A stretch of 64,000 bases of DNA from Octopus vulgaris (lineage: Eukaryota): contig OX597825.1 in the NCBI GenBank assembly GCA_951406725.2, positions 52,142,001-52,206,000 of the forward strand, read 5' to 3'. The notes below the pieces were generated by a model, which saw only the letters and a list, made by a program, of their open reading frames with translations, did not search any database and was not told where the DNA came from. Below, piece after piece: positions 1 through 13,332 of this stretch. The position numbers and the translations under genes are program-made. Positions within the stretch are counted from its first letter, which is position 1, and each line of letters begins with the position of its first letter.

Positions 1-302
1 CACACATGCTCATACATACTCTCACACAAGGGACATTGGCCCACCTACCCATATGGTCAATTTCAGCCATAGTTCATATAATTTATGGCTGGAAGATAAT
101 CTCACCGTAAGCCTGTGGTCACAATCACCTCCAGACCAGGCCAGCTCACCGACAGTCTGACTCACTCCACATTTATATTATCGATGGGGTGATCATACAC
201 CCTTACACCTGTATAAACATACCCATGTGCATACATAGACTCTCACATACATATACATACATATACCCACCTAGTTTATACATACATATATATTCTTTTA
301 TA

Positions 303-692
303 TTTTTACTTGTTTCAGTCATTTGACTACGCCCATGCAGGAGTACCACCTTGAAGGGTTGCAGTTAAACCAATTGACACCAAGTCTTATTTTTTAAGTT
401 CAGTACTTATTCTATTAACTTCTTTTGCTGAGCCACTAAGTTACTGCAAAATAAACACACTGACACCGGTTATCAAACAGTGATAAGGGGACAAACACAA
501 AGTCATATGCATAGATATACACATATATATACATACATACGACAGGCTTCTTTCAGTTTCCATCTACCAAATCCACTCAACGTTTTGTTAGTTTGTAGCT
601 ATAGCATAAGACACAAAATGTTACATCGTGGGACTGAACCCAGAACCATGTGGTTGGGAAGCAAGCTTCTTACCACACAGCCATGCCCACAC
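303..692 (-). mobile_element. tRNA-derived SINE, family A (internal microsatellite linker)
   Basis: Minus-strand head with A-box-like TGGCTGTGTGG and B-box-like GGTTCAGTCCC. Same sequence recurs at 3538-3925 and 24005-24446. Confidence 0.75.
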
Positions 693-693
693 C

Positions 694-759
<66 letters not shown>

Positions 760-806
760 TAGGGAGGAAGGAATAGTTACTATGAAGCATTGTGTAGAAT
801 ATATTG

Positions 807-1098
807 TATAAAGGATTGTGGGTAAGGCCAGAACAATGAAGTAAAAGTAAGGCAGATCACAAGAAAACAAATATATGAATTATTGTAGACTTACCTTGCA
901 TTTAGTATTTCAGAGTAATGACCCCATCTTCAAGAAATTAACAAACATCTCCAACATTAGTTAATTTCTTGAGGATAGGGTCATAACCCTGAAATAGTGA
1001 ATACAAGAGGTAAGTCTGCATTGATTCATATATTAGTTTACTTGTGTTTTGCCTAGGTTTTACTTTGCATAGTTCTGGCTTTACCCACGATCCTTTAC
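807..1098. mobile_element. Fold-back (palindromic) MITE-like element, arms about 140 bp
   Basis: TAAAGGATTGTGGGTAAGG...TCAAGAAATTAAC pairs imperfectly along its whole length with GTTAATTTCTTGA...TTTACCCACGATCCTTTA. Confidence 0.7.
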
Positions 1099-1305
1099 AC
1101 ATGCACGTGCACACACAGACACAAAACACTTTTCTGTTTCTAGAATTTCTTTCCTTTCAATTTATCCATGAACTGCAGGGCTCAGGCTAAAACCTTGGAT
1201 TTTTCGCTTCTCACACCAAGTTCCTTGTACTCTTTGTATTGATGTTATTAAATAGTACAAATTTTGTAGATGCCAACCAATACCAGTCTTCTTGGAGTCT
1301 ATTTG

Positions 1306-1349
<44 letters not shown>

Positions 1350-2423
1350 TGTGTGTGTGTGTGTGAATGTACATGCATACATTTATATATATGTCAGTGC
1401 CCTTGTATTTACATGTAATACATTTTGAGTATACTGTATGTATAGTAGTCATGATGAGTGTGTAATAGGAGAAAATAAAAGTTGTGTTGATACTGTGGAT
1501 TGATGAGGTATAATAAATGTTTGATAGAAAAATAAATTTAATTTGATAATTGCTTTCTGTCGTTTGATGAGATGCTGACTAATGTAGCTATATATAGAGT
1601 TTTGTAGTGGTAATAATGGTATGTGGAGTGGTGAGGTGGTGTACTGGTGGTGATGATATTAGTGGTGGTGGTGCTTGTAATAGTGCTGGTGGTAATGATG
1701 ATCTAGGTGGTGGTAGTTAAGATCAGGGCGGTAGTAGTTGTTGTTCTGGTATTCTTTGTGGTAGCAGTGGTAGGTATTGGTCTTGGTAGCAGTTGTAGTA
1801 AAAGTAGTGATTAGGGTGGTGGTGGTGGCGGTGGTGGCGGTGGTGGTGGTGAAGCTTGTAGTAGTTATGATAGTGGTAATGACTGTGATGGAGACGGGTT
1901 TGGTGTTGGTTGTGGTCATTGTGGCACTTTTGTTGCTGAGGAAGTAATGAAGTAGTTCTTGCGATGGTGGTGGTGGTGTGTCATAGTTGTGGTGATGTGT
2001 ATAACAGTGGTGGCCATGGCAGTGATTATTGTGCTAATTCTGATAATGCTTATAGTAGTGATGATAGTGACAGTGCTGATGCTGCTACTGGTGATAGTGT
2101 TGTTGATAGTAGTTAAGGGAGCAGGAGGTGGAGTAGCTTTTAAGAGATTCTGATGAATTTAATAGGTATTTGATGCTAAATTCTACTGTCTATAGAATGG
2201 TACAGAGTGGAAGATAGAGGTGGTTGTATAAGTTAGGAGGGTAGAGTAGGTTGGGATATGACTGAAGAGGGGAGAGGGTAGCTGTGGGTTTCAGGAGTAG
2301 GGAGTATATTGTCAGACAGAATTATATAAAAGTGATATAATATTCCTAATGAAGAATTAAAACTACAAACAGCATAAGATGCATGAATATATATACAGAC
2401 ATATATGCATATATGTGTGTGTA

Positions 2424-2475
<52 letters not shown>

Positions 2476-2559
2476 AATGTAAAGATACATACAGGTATGT
2501 ATGAATATATGTATATATAAATATAGATATTTTTATAAATGTGTGTATTAGTCTATCAG

Positions 2560-2700
2560 TCTATCTGTCTGTCTGTCTGTCTGTCTGTATGTATGTATGT
2601 ATGTATGTATGTATGTATGTATGTATGTATGTATGTATGTATGTATGTATGTATGTATGTATGTATGTATGTATGTATGTATGTATGTATGTATGTATGT
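2560..2700. repeat. Compound (CTGT)n/(ATGT)n microsatellite
   Basis: Read directly; explains the spurious VCMY-repeat ORFs. Confidence 0.95.
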
Positions 2701-3079
2701 ATATTTATGTCTATTTGTGTATGTGTCAGCATATTAACAGTTGGGGAGAGATAACAGCTGTGGAGTTTAAGAGAAATGAGAAAGAATAAGGAAGAGAGGG
2801 TGTGGAGATGAAGGAGTGAAGGAGAGAAAGAATCGAGTGGTGGTGGGAACTAGGAGCAGAAGATGATAATGGTGTGAAGAACAACAACAATAACAAGAAC
2901 AAGATGCTAATAAATATAAAAAACTAAAAACAAAAACTATTCTTTTATTTTTTTAAGAAAACACAGTTGCACTTATTTTAGAATTTACCATTTAATCGTT
3001 GTAAAGACTGAGTGTTCATTACTTGTAGATGTGAAGAATATCAATGTGAATAATTTGAAAATCTTTAATGAACTTTCAG

Positions 3080-3192
3080 GTTTCTTCAAGATTCTGTCAA
3101 TGATATTATTGATTGCTCATCATATCATAGTAATTATATTCTAATTAAGATTAGAAAAGTAAATACTGCTGGAAGTGCTTCAGCACACACAG
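3080..3192 (+). CDS. Candidate internal exon of an unidentified host gene
   Basis: aactttcag acceptor, CAG|gtatga donor, open frame FLQDSVNDIIDCSSYHSNYILIKIRKVNTAGSASAHT in non-repetitive sequence. No homology recognised. Confidence 0.3.
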
Positions 3193-3537
3193 GTATGAAT
3201 TTATATGTATTTACACTCTTAAATAAACAAATGTGCATGTGATGGAATACACAAAGCAAATTCATGCATATACACTTGTAAATTTATACACATACATAAA
3301 TACACATCTCTCTCTTTCTCTGTATATATATATATATATGTGTGTGTGTATATACATACACACACACACACAGTCGCTCACATATACATATGCAAACAAA
3401 TGTTCATCACTATTATTTCTTTGTTTGTGAGATTATGCACACACACATACACACACACAAATATGAACACTGAAGTGTGTCAAATGGATATGAGAGGATG
3501 CTCAATACATGGAGAGTATATGGTTTTTCTTTTGTTC

Positions 3538-3925
3538 TTTTACTCTTTTATTTGTTTCAGTCATTTAATTGCAGCCATGCTGGAGCACTGCCTTTAGTTG
3601 AATGAATCAACGCCAGGAATTATTCTTTGTAAGCCTAGTACTTATTCTATCGGGTCTTTTGCTGAACCATGAAGTTGCAGGGACATAAACACAGCAACAT
3701 CAGTTGTCAAGCAACGGTTAGAAGACAAACACAGACACACAAACATATATATATATACGATGGGCTTTCAGTTCCTGTCTACCAAATCCACTCACAAGGC
3801 TTTGGTCTGTCTGAGGCTATAATAGAAGACACTTGCTCAAGGTACCACTCACATACAGTGGGACTGAATCCGGAACCATGTGGTTGGGAAGCAAGCTTCT
3901 TACCACACAGCCATGCCTGCACCTA
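3538..3925 (-). mobile_element. tRNA-derived SINE, family A
   Basis: Homologous to 303-692 and 24005-24446. Confidence 0.8.
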
Positions 3926-4329
3926 TTGAAACTTAATTTTTATCTTGTGACTTGAGTTTTATGCCACTGCAATTTTCAAGCAGTGGCATAAAAACTCAAG
4001 TCATAATTCATTACCGAGTGATGTGTGAGTAGCTCTTAGCGTTTGGGTTGATACAAAAGGAACAAATATTTAGGGTGTGTGTGTGCTTGCGTGCACATAT
4101 GTATGTGTGCTTCTAGAATTCATATATTTGTTAATATGAGTATGCTAGGTCAACTGGTTATGACAAGAATATTAGGTCTTGCATATAAATGTATGCATAT
4201 ATACATGTGTAAAAGGAATTTTGCATAATTCAGACCATATGTTGTTTGAATTGTAGGTTTTCAGGTGTGTATATATATAATATTTGCTGCTTTAAAGAAA
4301 GTTTTAAAAATATTAAAAGCTATAGAAAC

Positions 4330-6070
4330 ACCTCATAGAACAAAGTGAAAGCAGGCATTAGATTGTTATGTGAGTCTGGGTTAAAATATTTGTAGACAAG
4401 ACAAACAAACCATATACAATAGATGAAGACAAAGAAAGCACCTGAACACCAGCATAACAAAATGCCAGCCCCAACTTATACAGCAGAGGAAGCATAGAAG
4501 CTGAAGTTCAAGCAATGCAACTGCAAATAGAAGACTGAACTGAATGTCTTACAACAAGACAAGCATATAAAACAAAGAAGAGTCCTAAATTCAACTTTAC
4601 AAGCAACCTCAAATACAAATAAATAAATCCCATGGAAAGAGAACTTGGCATAGTAAGCAAAATATCTTGACAACCATCAATTCCAAAAAACGACCATCAA
4701 TTGGACTTCTACAATACAACATCATAAACAGGTTCAGTTACTTAAGAGACAAAGAATCTGATAAATTCAAATCTCTTATTGCAAAAAACACTAGAGTTTG
4801 GGAACAACTTTGTCATAACCATCAGTCAAGAATTAGACATCAATATATCTACAAGAAAATTCTTTATTTATCACAACTATTTAGCTGAGGTAGAACTGGA
4901 AAATAATGTGCCATTTGATGTCACCTTGAGATGTTTGATAGTAGAGAAATGTGTGAACTTGTAGGGTTATATATCTTGGAATGAATAAACAAAATATTCA
5001 TGAAATCCAATTTTGTTTTATATAGAGAAGATGTCCTAGCCATTTCATAAGATATGGATTTACACAAACTTGACAGACTTCGAAAATACTTAATAAAGGC
5101 CTTTGACCCTTTAGTATTCAGATTATTTTACCAAATGCAAAGCTTGTTTATTCACATTGTTTTCAATTAATCATGCATTATTTTGTAGCTTTCAGATTTT
5201 GATGATGCAAATGTTTGTCTTTTTCAATGACATTGTATGGTAGGGGTAAGATGTTGGATCTGGCCAGTTTGGATATAAAAGAGGCAGAATATTTTGGCCA
5301 GATATGACCAATTTAAATGCTAAAGAGTTAAGGAACTTGATATAAATGCAACAGTGAAAAAAAACCACTTGGCATTAAACTACTTGTATGCAACATTAAA
5401 CCTGAATACTGGGAATTGTGACCCAAACAGAAAACTTAAGGAAATACATTTATGCATAAACCACTTAGCTTTGATAATCAAAAACCTAGCCAGCAATATA
5501 AACTGGGGTATATCCAAAATTTTACAATAAAGCTTTAGAAGTAAGTGGATTCAAAGAGAAAATGCAATACATACTTAAGACACCACAGACATACAGTAAA
5601 CAAATGAGACATCATCTACACATACATTCCCAATACTAATTAATGCACTTCTCAACAGAATATAAATGCAACAAATTATTCCACAGAAACAATGCAAAAG
5701 TTACCTATAGCTGCACAAAATACAGTCACAAAGCAACAATATGTAAAAGAATGCACAACATACAGCAACAAACTCAAGTAACTGCACCATGACAAAAATG
5801 AGCCAATTGTAAGGAAAGTGTTAATAAAACAAGCATAGTCTACAGTGCTGTCACTCTGCAAGTTAAAAGATACAACATAATTGTAAACATAAATGGGAAA
5901 ATAACAGACTGCCCACTATGATAAATAAAAGGTTCTTGAATCTGTTCTTTATACATCACAGAGAAATAGTAAATAATCATACATAATGCACACACTCTAA
6001 ACAAAAGGACTGAGATCATGTCACACTGTCAACACCAAAATACATCCTTAGAAAATGGTCTGAAATCTAA
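4330..6070 (+). mobile_element. Highly decayed Penelope-like element (Naiad-like), internally deleted
   Basis: Remnant translations NYLYATLNLNTG and KALEVSGFKEKMQY (RT thumb), and CSLYITEK...LNKRTEIMSHCQH (C-terminus of GIY-YIG domain, CxLC/CxH type). Many stops and frameshifts. Confidence 0.6.
5103..5331. mobile_element. piggyBac-like MITE nested in the decayed PLE
   Basis: Ends TTGA-CCCTTTAGTATT and AATGCTAAAGAG-TTAA form terminal inverted repeats with a TTAA-like target site. Confidence 0.55.
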
Positions 6071-7299
6071 ACAAGATATGACACGTGTCAGAACAGCTAC
6101 ATACTCACAAGTCTTGACAGTATTTAATATTTTCTTGCTTTGCTTGCTTCAGTCATTCAACTGCAGTCTAGAGGACTATATATAATTAAATGTATATGCA
6201 TTATATATATACATGTGTGTTTGTGTATGTAGTCATTATAGTATTGGATAAAATGCCATTTAGTTGTTTCAACGCTTTTTGTTTTGAGTTTATTTCCCCA
6301 AAAGTTCAATTTTGCCTGGCATTTTAACAGTTTCAGGGAATAATGAACTAGATAAGGGCAGTGATTTAGTGAAACTTTTAGAAGCTCAGATGAGAATGCA
6401 TTTGAAGGTATAGAAAAACAGTCAAGTTAATTTCTTGTTATCTTTTCTTGACTAAATTCTTTCAGCAATGTAGCACAAGAATATGTGACATACCTCTTGC
6501 AATCTTTTTGACATTTCTTGCAGGTGAATCATAATCATCACATTTTCAGGCTTGCAACATAGCAAAAGGTTATTTGTTGTTGTTATTGTTGGTAGTGGCA
6601 ATAAGAGTTGTGCTGTTCATTTCAATTTTCTCATTTTATAATATAAATTTTGTCATTTATAAGTATCATCACTTAAAGTTTGCATTTTCCTCACTTTTTC
6701 ACACGTGATTCTTAGATTCTGTCTGTGTTTATAATTTTGTCCATTTTTCCTATTTTCTCCATTTTCAAAATAGTCTTTGTGTCTGCAAATGTTTAGTATG
6801 CATATTCACTGTTGCCATTCTTGTGGTATGCATTTCCTCTGACTACTAAAGAGCTGAACATTTCAAGCCACAGATATAATTATAAATAATGGTTAGCAAA
6901 AATACATACTCACAGTATAATATCAAACTACAAAGATTCCCTGAAAGTGGATTGAATGTTGAAATATTCTGAAAAATGTTGTTGGTGAAAGAAAATCAAA
7001 TATGTTAACATTTCTAACCAAAAATCCTTGCTGAAATCACTTATGAGAATTCTCTATAACATTTTCATCCACAAAAACAACAAAAGCAATTACACTATTA
7101 CTAAGAGTAATGGTTTTTACTATAGTCACAAAGTTGTTATGATTTGCTTAGCTTAATGGTATAGAGAGTGCTTAGTTGAAAATTTAGAGATGCAGGGTTC
7201 GACTCTCTGTAGCAGCTACCTGGTCACTATTTTATGTGGTGTTGAGCTGGCAAACTTGTGAGCATACTAGACAAAACACTGTTATATTTCATCTATCTT

Positions 7300-8320
7300 T
7301 ATGTTCTTATGTTCGGGTTCGGTCAGTGGCACAGTGACACCCACCGACTGTCCCCCGTTTCTCTTCTTTCTCCTTTTTTTTTGCAGTTGCAGGAGTCAGG
7401 GCCTCCACCGGCACACCCGGGGGTCCTCCTCCTCTCCTGCAACCTGCACTTCTACTGGTGAGCAACTACTGTTGCACCTTTCTCTTCCTTTTTGTTGAGG
7501 TCAATGCCTCAATGACTTCCTCTGTTTCTCCTTGCAATGTGAGAGTTAAGGGCACCTTCAGCTTTCCTTGCTCCGGGACTTTGCCACGGCCCCAGGGGCA
7601 GTCCTTTTTGATATGGCCTGACTCCAGGCATGAGTGACCTGGAGGGGGGGGGCGACACTCAAGTATCACTGGATACTTTGAGCCAGCCATTCTTAAAAAG
7701 TCCACTGGAGTCCACAGGGTCACAGTCACCTTTGCACCCTCCCAGTCAACAACAGGCTTTACCTCTACATTTAAGAGCCTGGGCCTGCTATCCCCCAGGC
7801 TCCACTGGATGGCATCTGCAATACACTCCGTTTTGGTGCCTGGGGGCAGACCACATACTCAGGCCCTTATCACCTTCTTCCCACAATATGTGGGATGAAA
7901 CAAAATCTCCTCCCCTTCCAGGGGCTGGCCTGCCACAGTGCAAGCCTCCTCAGGGGTATCAAAAAGCAGCCACACCGTGGAATATTTGACACCCCTGGTC
8001 ACATAATAATTTTTGGCTGGTAAACACTTTGCCAGCTCTTTTTCAATGATGCCGTTATCGAAGAGGGTGATGGTATCACGCGACCTTGAATAGGTCTGTA
8101 ATGCCACTGTCCTCCTCTCAAGGTTTCCAAGCTATTGTTTGGGTGGGATAATCTCCCACTCCAAAGCAGTGGTCTTATTTTTTATCATTTTATCGACCAT
8201 ATCAATAAAACACAGTTCAAAAAAGGAAAAAAAAGGTCACTCAACCAAAAACAACAAAAAGTCTTTGAACACAATAAAAATAAAAACACAGTTCAACTAA
8301 AATTTGAAGAAATAAAATAG
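7300..8320 (-). mobile_element. Decayed gag/ORF1-like region of an L1/Tx1-type non-LTR element
   Basis: ORFs 7859-8107 (RRM-like, LLFDTPEEA) and 7466-7729 (zinc-knuckle remnant GHSCLESGHIKKDC), plus T-rich 5' leader. Frameshifted. Confidence 0.55.
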
Positions 8321-8561
8321 TAGTCCAACTAAATTGGAATCTTTTCCTTTTGAACGGCAGTTTCAACACAATTTCTAGTTAAATAAACACTTTTAAACTT
8401 CGTATACTCGTAGAATGTGTCAAAATAAAACATTTTTTTCTCTTGGCTTACTTGAGAAAATTGTAATTTGTAAGTTTAACGTAGTTTAATTTTTCGAATT
8501 TTAACCAATGAATCGCCTCTATTGAGTTAAAATCATTTGCTGCGTCTAAAACTGAGATAAC

Positions 8562-10660
8562 AGTGGCCACCTCCCAGTATCCCTTCCATCTTTCGTCTAT
8601 CTTGTATACTTTACTTGTAGGCCTGGTTTTATAACCTTTTCCTTCCTTGTGGAAGTATACTCTCCTGCGCTTTTCTACTTTTGGGTATTCTCCCCTATTG
8701 TACCTCTCGATCTTATGAGTGCTGCGCTTATGATGCCGAGGACTTGATTATGCCACCATGTATATCGTTCAAGTGCTAGTCTGCAACCTGACAGAACATG
8801 TCTAACCGTCACTTTCTCTCTGCATCTACACTCGTCGGTTGTTTTTATGTTCCACCGGACTAAGTTCCCTGGTGAGGGTAGAATGTCGAAGGTAGACTTG
8901 ATCAGGAAGGATGTTCTTGCTTGTTCCCAAGCCCAAAGTTCCTTCCATGATATTCTGCGGTTGATCACATATTCCTCCCATCTCAGGCACTGTCCCTGTT
9001 GACTGCATTGCACCAAATGTACATTTCGCCTTTCTGCTTCCTCCTTTCTCACTTCGTATACCACTGCCTCTTTCATCTCTTTTACACTGCTCTTGCAAAA
9101 TGGCCTGAAATTTTGCGACCGTAGGCCGGATTTAGCTTCTTGCGTCGCTGCGACTATATCTGCGTGCCTTAGTTTTCCAATCGCCCTGTTTACTGCCTCT
9201 TCCGCCTTCCATTTCCTCCCTGTTCGTACCTTTGGAAGGTTTTCCCGGATGCTCTGATCTTTTGAATACCTTAGCATCATTACTGTCCTTGCCTTTCCTG
9301 CCTTATATTCTTCGGCGATTGATGTTATTGGTAGTTGCAGCACTGGTTTTCCATATAGTGCAGTTGTATTCAGTGGTTTCAGCAGACCAAGCCATTTTCT
9401 GATAAACACACTGCATCTTTGCTCCATCCTTTCTACTATACTCGAGGCTATTTCGTACATTTGCAATGGCCACATTATTCTTGGGTACAGCCCAAATTGC
9501 AGTATCCAACATTTGAATTTTCCCGGCAGCGTTGTTCTGTCAATTGCCTTTAATCCTTGTTCTACTAACTCATGCGTTTCTTTCCCTTGCTTCTTATCAT
9601 TTAATAAATCTCTATACCATCTGCCGAGACTCTTTACTGGTTGTTCTTTCACCGTTGGTATGTCTTCACTTCGTATCCTAAATTTCACTTCTTTCCTTTC
9701 ACGAAAGCCATGCTTCGAGATATTTTGGCTTTGAATTTCATCCTTGCCCATCCTATCAGTTTGTCCAACCGCTCTAACGTTCCCTCTGCTGCTTCTCTAC
9801 TTTCTGATAATATAGTTACATCGTCCATAAAAGCCCTTAATGGTGTCTTTGTAACAGCTTTCTCACAGTTTGTAGATCTGAGTAGCATTTCCATGATTAG
9901 CACGAATAAGATGACTGATATCGTGCATCCGGCTGCAATACCTATTTCAAGCCGTTGCTACTCTGTTGTGAACTTTCCTGCTGTAAATCTCATCCTCAGG
10001 TTGTCGTAGTATGACATAAGCATTTGTTGAACATCTTTTGGAATCCAAAAGAGGTCCATCGCTGTTTTTATTATTGCGTGTGGAACAGATCCATAGGCAT
10101 TGGCAAGATCTAGCCAAATAATGTACAGGTTTGTCTTCTTTTGTTTTGCATGGGTGATGGCTTCCCAGATGGAAAATGCATGTTCTATGCACCCAGAGAT
10201 TCCAAGGATTCCTGCTTTTTGAATCGCTTCATTAATGTATCCGTTATGCTGTACGAATCTTATAATTCGTCTAGCAATTATTCCGAACATGATTTTCCTG
10301 TCTGTATTTAGTAGTGAAATTGGTCTAAATTGGCCTAGTGTTTTTACCTCTTTTTCTTTAGGTAGATAAATACCTTCGGCTATACACCATCGCTCCACTA
10401 CATCTTTCTTCTTCCGCATTTCTCTTATCAGTGCAAACAGCTGCAAACGTAATTTTGGGCAATATTTGTATACCTTGTAGCTCACCCCATCGTTCCCTGG
10501 TGCACTTTTTGCTCTTGCTTTCCTTATGAATTCATCCATTTCTTTCCGTTTGATGTCGCTCAAATCAAATGGTACTCTTGGTTCAGGTGGTTTCTTCAGT
10601 CCATTCTGTCTGAGTCGCTGTATGTCTCTTTCAGATGTTGTTCGAGCTCTTCTTTCGTGC
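8562..10660 (-). mobile_element. HERO-like (R2 group) non-LTR retrotransposon fragment: RT plus CCHC knuckle
   Basis: SAPGNDG, QFRPISLLN, IWLDLANAYGSVPH, AFMDD, CRCREKVTVRHVLSGC and RYTWWHNQVL across ORFs 9958-10662, 9685-9903 and 8675-9751. One stop and one frameshift in the RT; cut before the endonuclease. Confidence 0.85.
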
Positions 10661-12317
10661 AATCCAATTTTCCGCTTTTACTTTCAGTAAATAGATGTTT
10701 CGCATATTGATGGGGACAGTTTGACTGTCGATGTGAAAGTTACTTATACAGTGAAATTGTATTGGAAAGTATGCGTAAAATTGAAGGGGAAAATGGTGAT
10801 AAGAAACGACAAATAAATAAACTAACAGGTATTTGTATGTATGTATTAGTGTGTATTCTATCTCTATATATATGGTAGTAAGTAAATGTGTTTTAAGAAA
10901 GATTTTTAAAAAACTCAGTTTGTAGGGAATAAATGTTTGACTGTCGATCGTATTTGAAAAAGATGTGTCGCTATTTATCATTATTTTTTTTTCTTGTTAT
11001 CTTGGTGAAGGATGGTGTTAGAAATAGGAAGTGAACTTATAATTCCTGCCAATTAGAATGAGGTCATTGGTAACCATAGGTACATATATATATATATGTG
11101 TGTGTAGATATATGTGTGTGTAGATATATGTGTGTATTTACGTAAGATTGGTAGTCCGTCTGTTTATTTGGCTCTCACTGTTTCTCCTTCCTTTCTTTCT
11201 GTCTTTTTTCTTGGATTGTTCGTAAGCGTTCATAAAAGTAAGTAGCAGTTAATGGTAGTAGCAAGAGGAAAGTAGATTGTATTAGAGGGGAAAATGGTTA
11301 TGTATGTAGTTTTATCACTTTTTTTTTCATAATTGGGAGTTATTTTGACCGAAAAATGCCCTTTGACCCAAGTTATGGTATTTAGAATATTAATTCCAAA
11401 TTTTTCATCCACAAAATTTGGAATTTGTAAGTGTATGAATTTTCAACATACATACATACACAGAGAAAATCTGCTTTTTATAGATAAGATTTACATTAAG
11501 AGAGAGCCAGATAGCACTGTTGTGATATTTGTGAGAATATGTATAAAAGTATATGCATGTGTCATCATACAGAGTAAGAACAGAGAAGGAAGGAGAGAGA
11601 GAGAGAGAGAAAGAAGGGGGAGAAAATAGACAGCAAGAAGGAAGATTCATATTTTGTTTTTGTTTCAATATTGAACTGAGCTTTCTTATAAAATATTTCT
11701 CTAGCTAACTACCTGTCTATCTAATTACCTATCAGTGTTTTCATCTTGAGCTCTCGCCCATTGCACAAGCTGTCTAGACAATTCACAGGCACTGTCCACC
11801 TCAGTTTCATTCTTTCATTCTTTTTAGAAAAGTAGTTGAATGATTATTTTCTTGCACTCACATTTATATTCCTGAAGTGCTTCATGAACTACATTCATTC
11901 TTTAGAGACAATACATCACAAGATGACAATGTTCTCTATGAAAGTAGATCATGTGAAAAACATATATACGGATTTTGATCTATGAAATGTCTCTTTTAGT
12001 TCCGTATTGGCCTGCCTTCTTTTACTTAATACTTTCTTGCATATATACCTATCTATATTTCAATGGAACAAAATATTTATTCCAGGCATAAAACAATGGG
12101 CCATGGACTTTCAGCAGTAGCAGCAGCAGTAGTAGTAATAATGATGATTGATTTTCAAATTCTGGCTCAAGGCCAGCAATTTTAGAAGGAAGGGGTCAGT
12201 CAATTATACTGACTCCTGTGTTTAACTGGTACTTTGCGTTATTGACCCTACTAAATAATGAAAGATAAAGTTGACTTTGGTGGGATATAATAATGATAAT
12301 ATCAGGATCATCTTCAA

Positions 12318-12935
12318 CATCATCATCATCATCATGTAGCATCTGTTCTCTGTGTTGACATGGGTTAGAAGGGTTGATTGGGACTGGAAAGCTGGAGAGC
12401 TGTACCAGGCTCCACTCTGATTTGGCTTGGTTTCTATTGTTGGATGCCCTTCCTAATGCCATCCACTCCAAGAATGTAGTGAGTACCTTTCATGTGTCAC
12501 CAGCGTGGGTGCCATTTGTGTCACCAGCACTGGCCATGATTATGATTTCGCCTGGCTTGACATGTCTTCCCAAACTCAGCAAATCTCCAAATGTCTCGAT
12601 CACTTGTCATCGCCTCCATTGGACTCAAGAAATGCTGATCATACTGCACCACCTCGTCCCATGTCTTCCTGGGTCTACCTCTTCCTCTGGTTCCCTCCAC
12701 AGAAATCAGCACTTTTTTATACAGCAGTCCTCGTCCATATGCATCACATGACCATGCCCGTGCTGTCGTCTCTCTTGCACATCACATCTGATGCCTCTTA
12801 TAGCCAATTTTTCTCTCAAGATGCTTACATTCTGTCATACATGCACAGTAGCATTTCACATCCAGCAAAGCATACTAGCCTTATTTCTTTCAAGCCTTCA
12901 CATGTCTTCTGTAGTCACAGGCCATGTTTCACTGC
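12318..12935 (-). mobile_element. RTE-clade LINE 3' end with 3' UTR and (GAT)n tail
   Basis: VEGTRGRGRPRKTW...DRDIWR C-terminal RTE motif (ORF 12521-12712), followed by the UTR shared with 21932-22320, 35428-35625, 36110-36520 and 39150-39512. Confidence 0.8.
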
Positions 12936-13034
12936 CCAAACTTCTGCATTGACCACTAAATAAGGGAGCAGGTGACCCTGCCAAATAATAATAATTATTA
13001 TCATAATTATCATAATAATAATACTAATAATAGT

Positions 13035-13298
13035 GGTTTCAAATTTTTGCACAAAACCAGCAATTCTGGGAGGATGGGATTAGTTGATTGCATCAAACCC
13101 AGTGCTCAACTGGTACTTACTTTATAGACCCTGGAGGGATGCAAGGCAAAGTAGATCCCAGCCACATTTCAACTCAGAATGTAAAGAGCCAGACAAAATG
13201 CCACTAAGTGTTTTGTCTTATGTGGTAATGATTCCACCCAGCTCACCACCTTTCTAATAATAATAATAATAATAAGAAGAAGAAGAAGAAGAAGAATA

Positions 13299-13332
<34 letters not shown>

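Noticed and set aside
480-2789. Numerous ORFs with YI, VC, HT, SL, poly-T/V/L runs (here and throughout the window)
   Set aside because: Translations of microsatellites and their decayed derivatives; no domain content.
6935-6990. CCCTGAAAG...GAAAAATGTT, a possible decayed hammerhead downstream of the Naiad relic
   Set aside because: Core and stems too degenerate to support.
7145-7240. tRNA-like sequence with A- and B-box
   Set aside because: No convincing cloverleaf; more likely a decayed SINE head than a tRNA gene.
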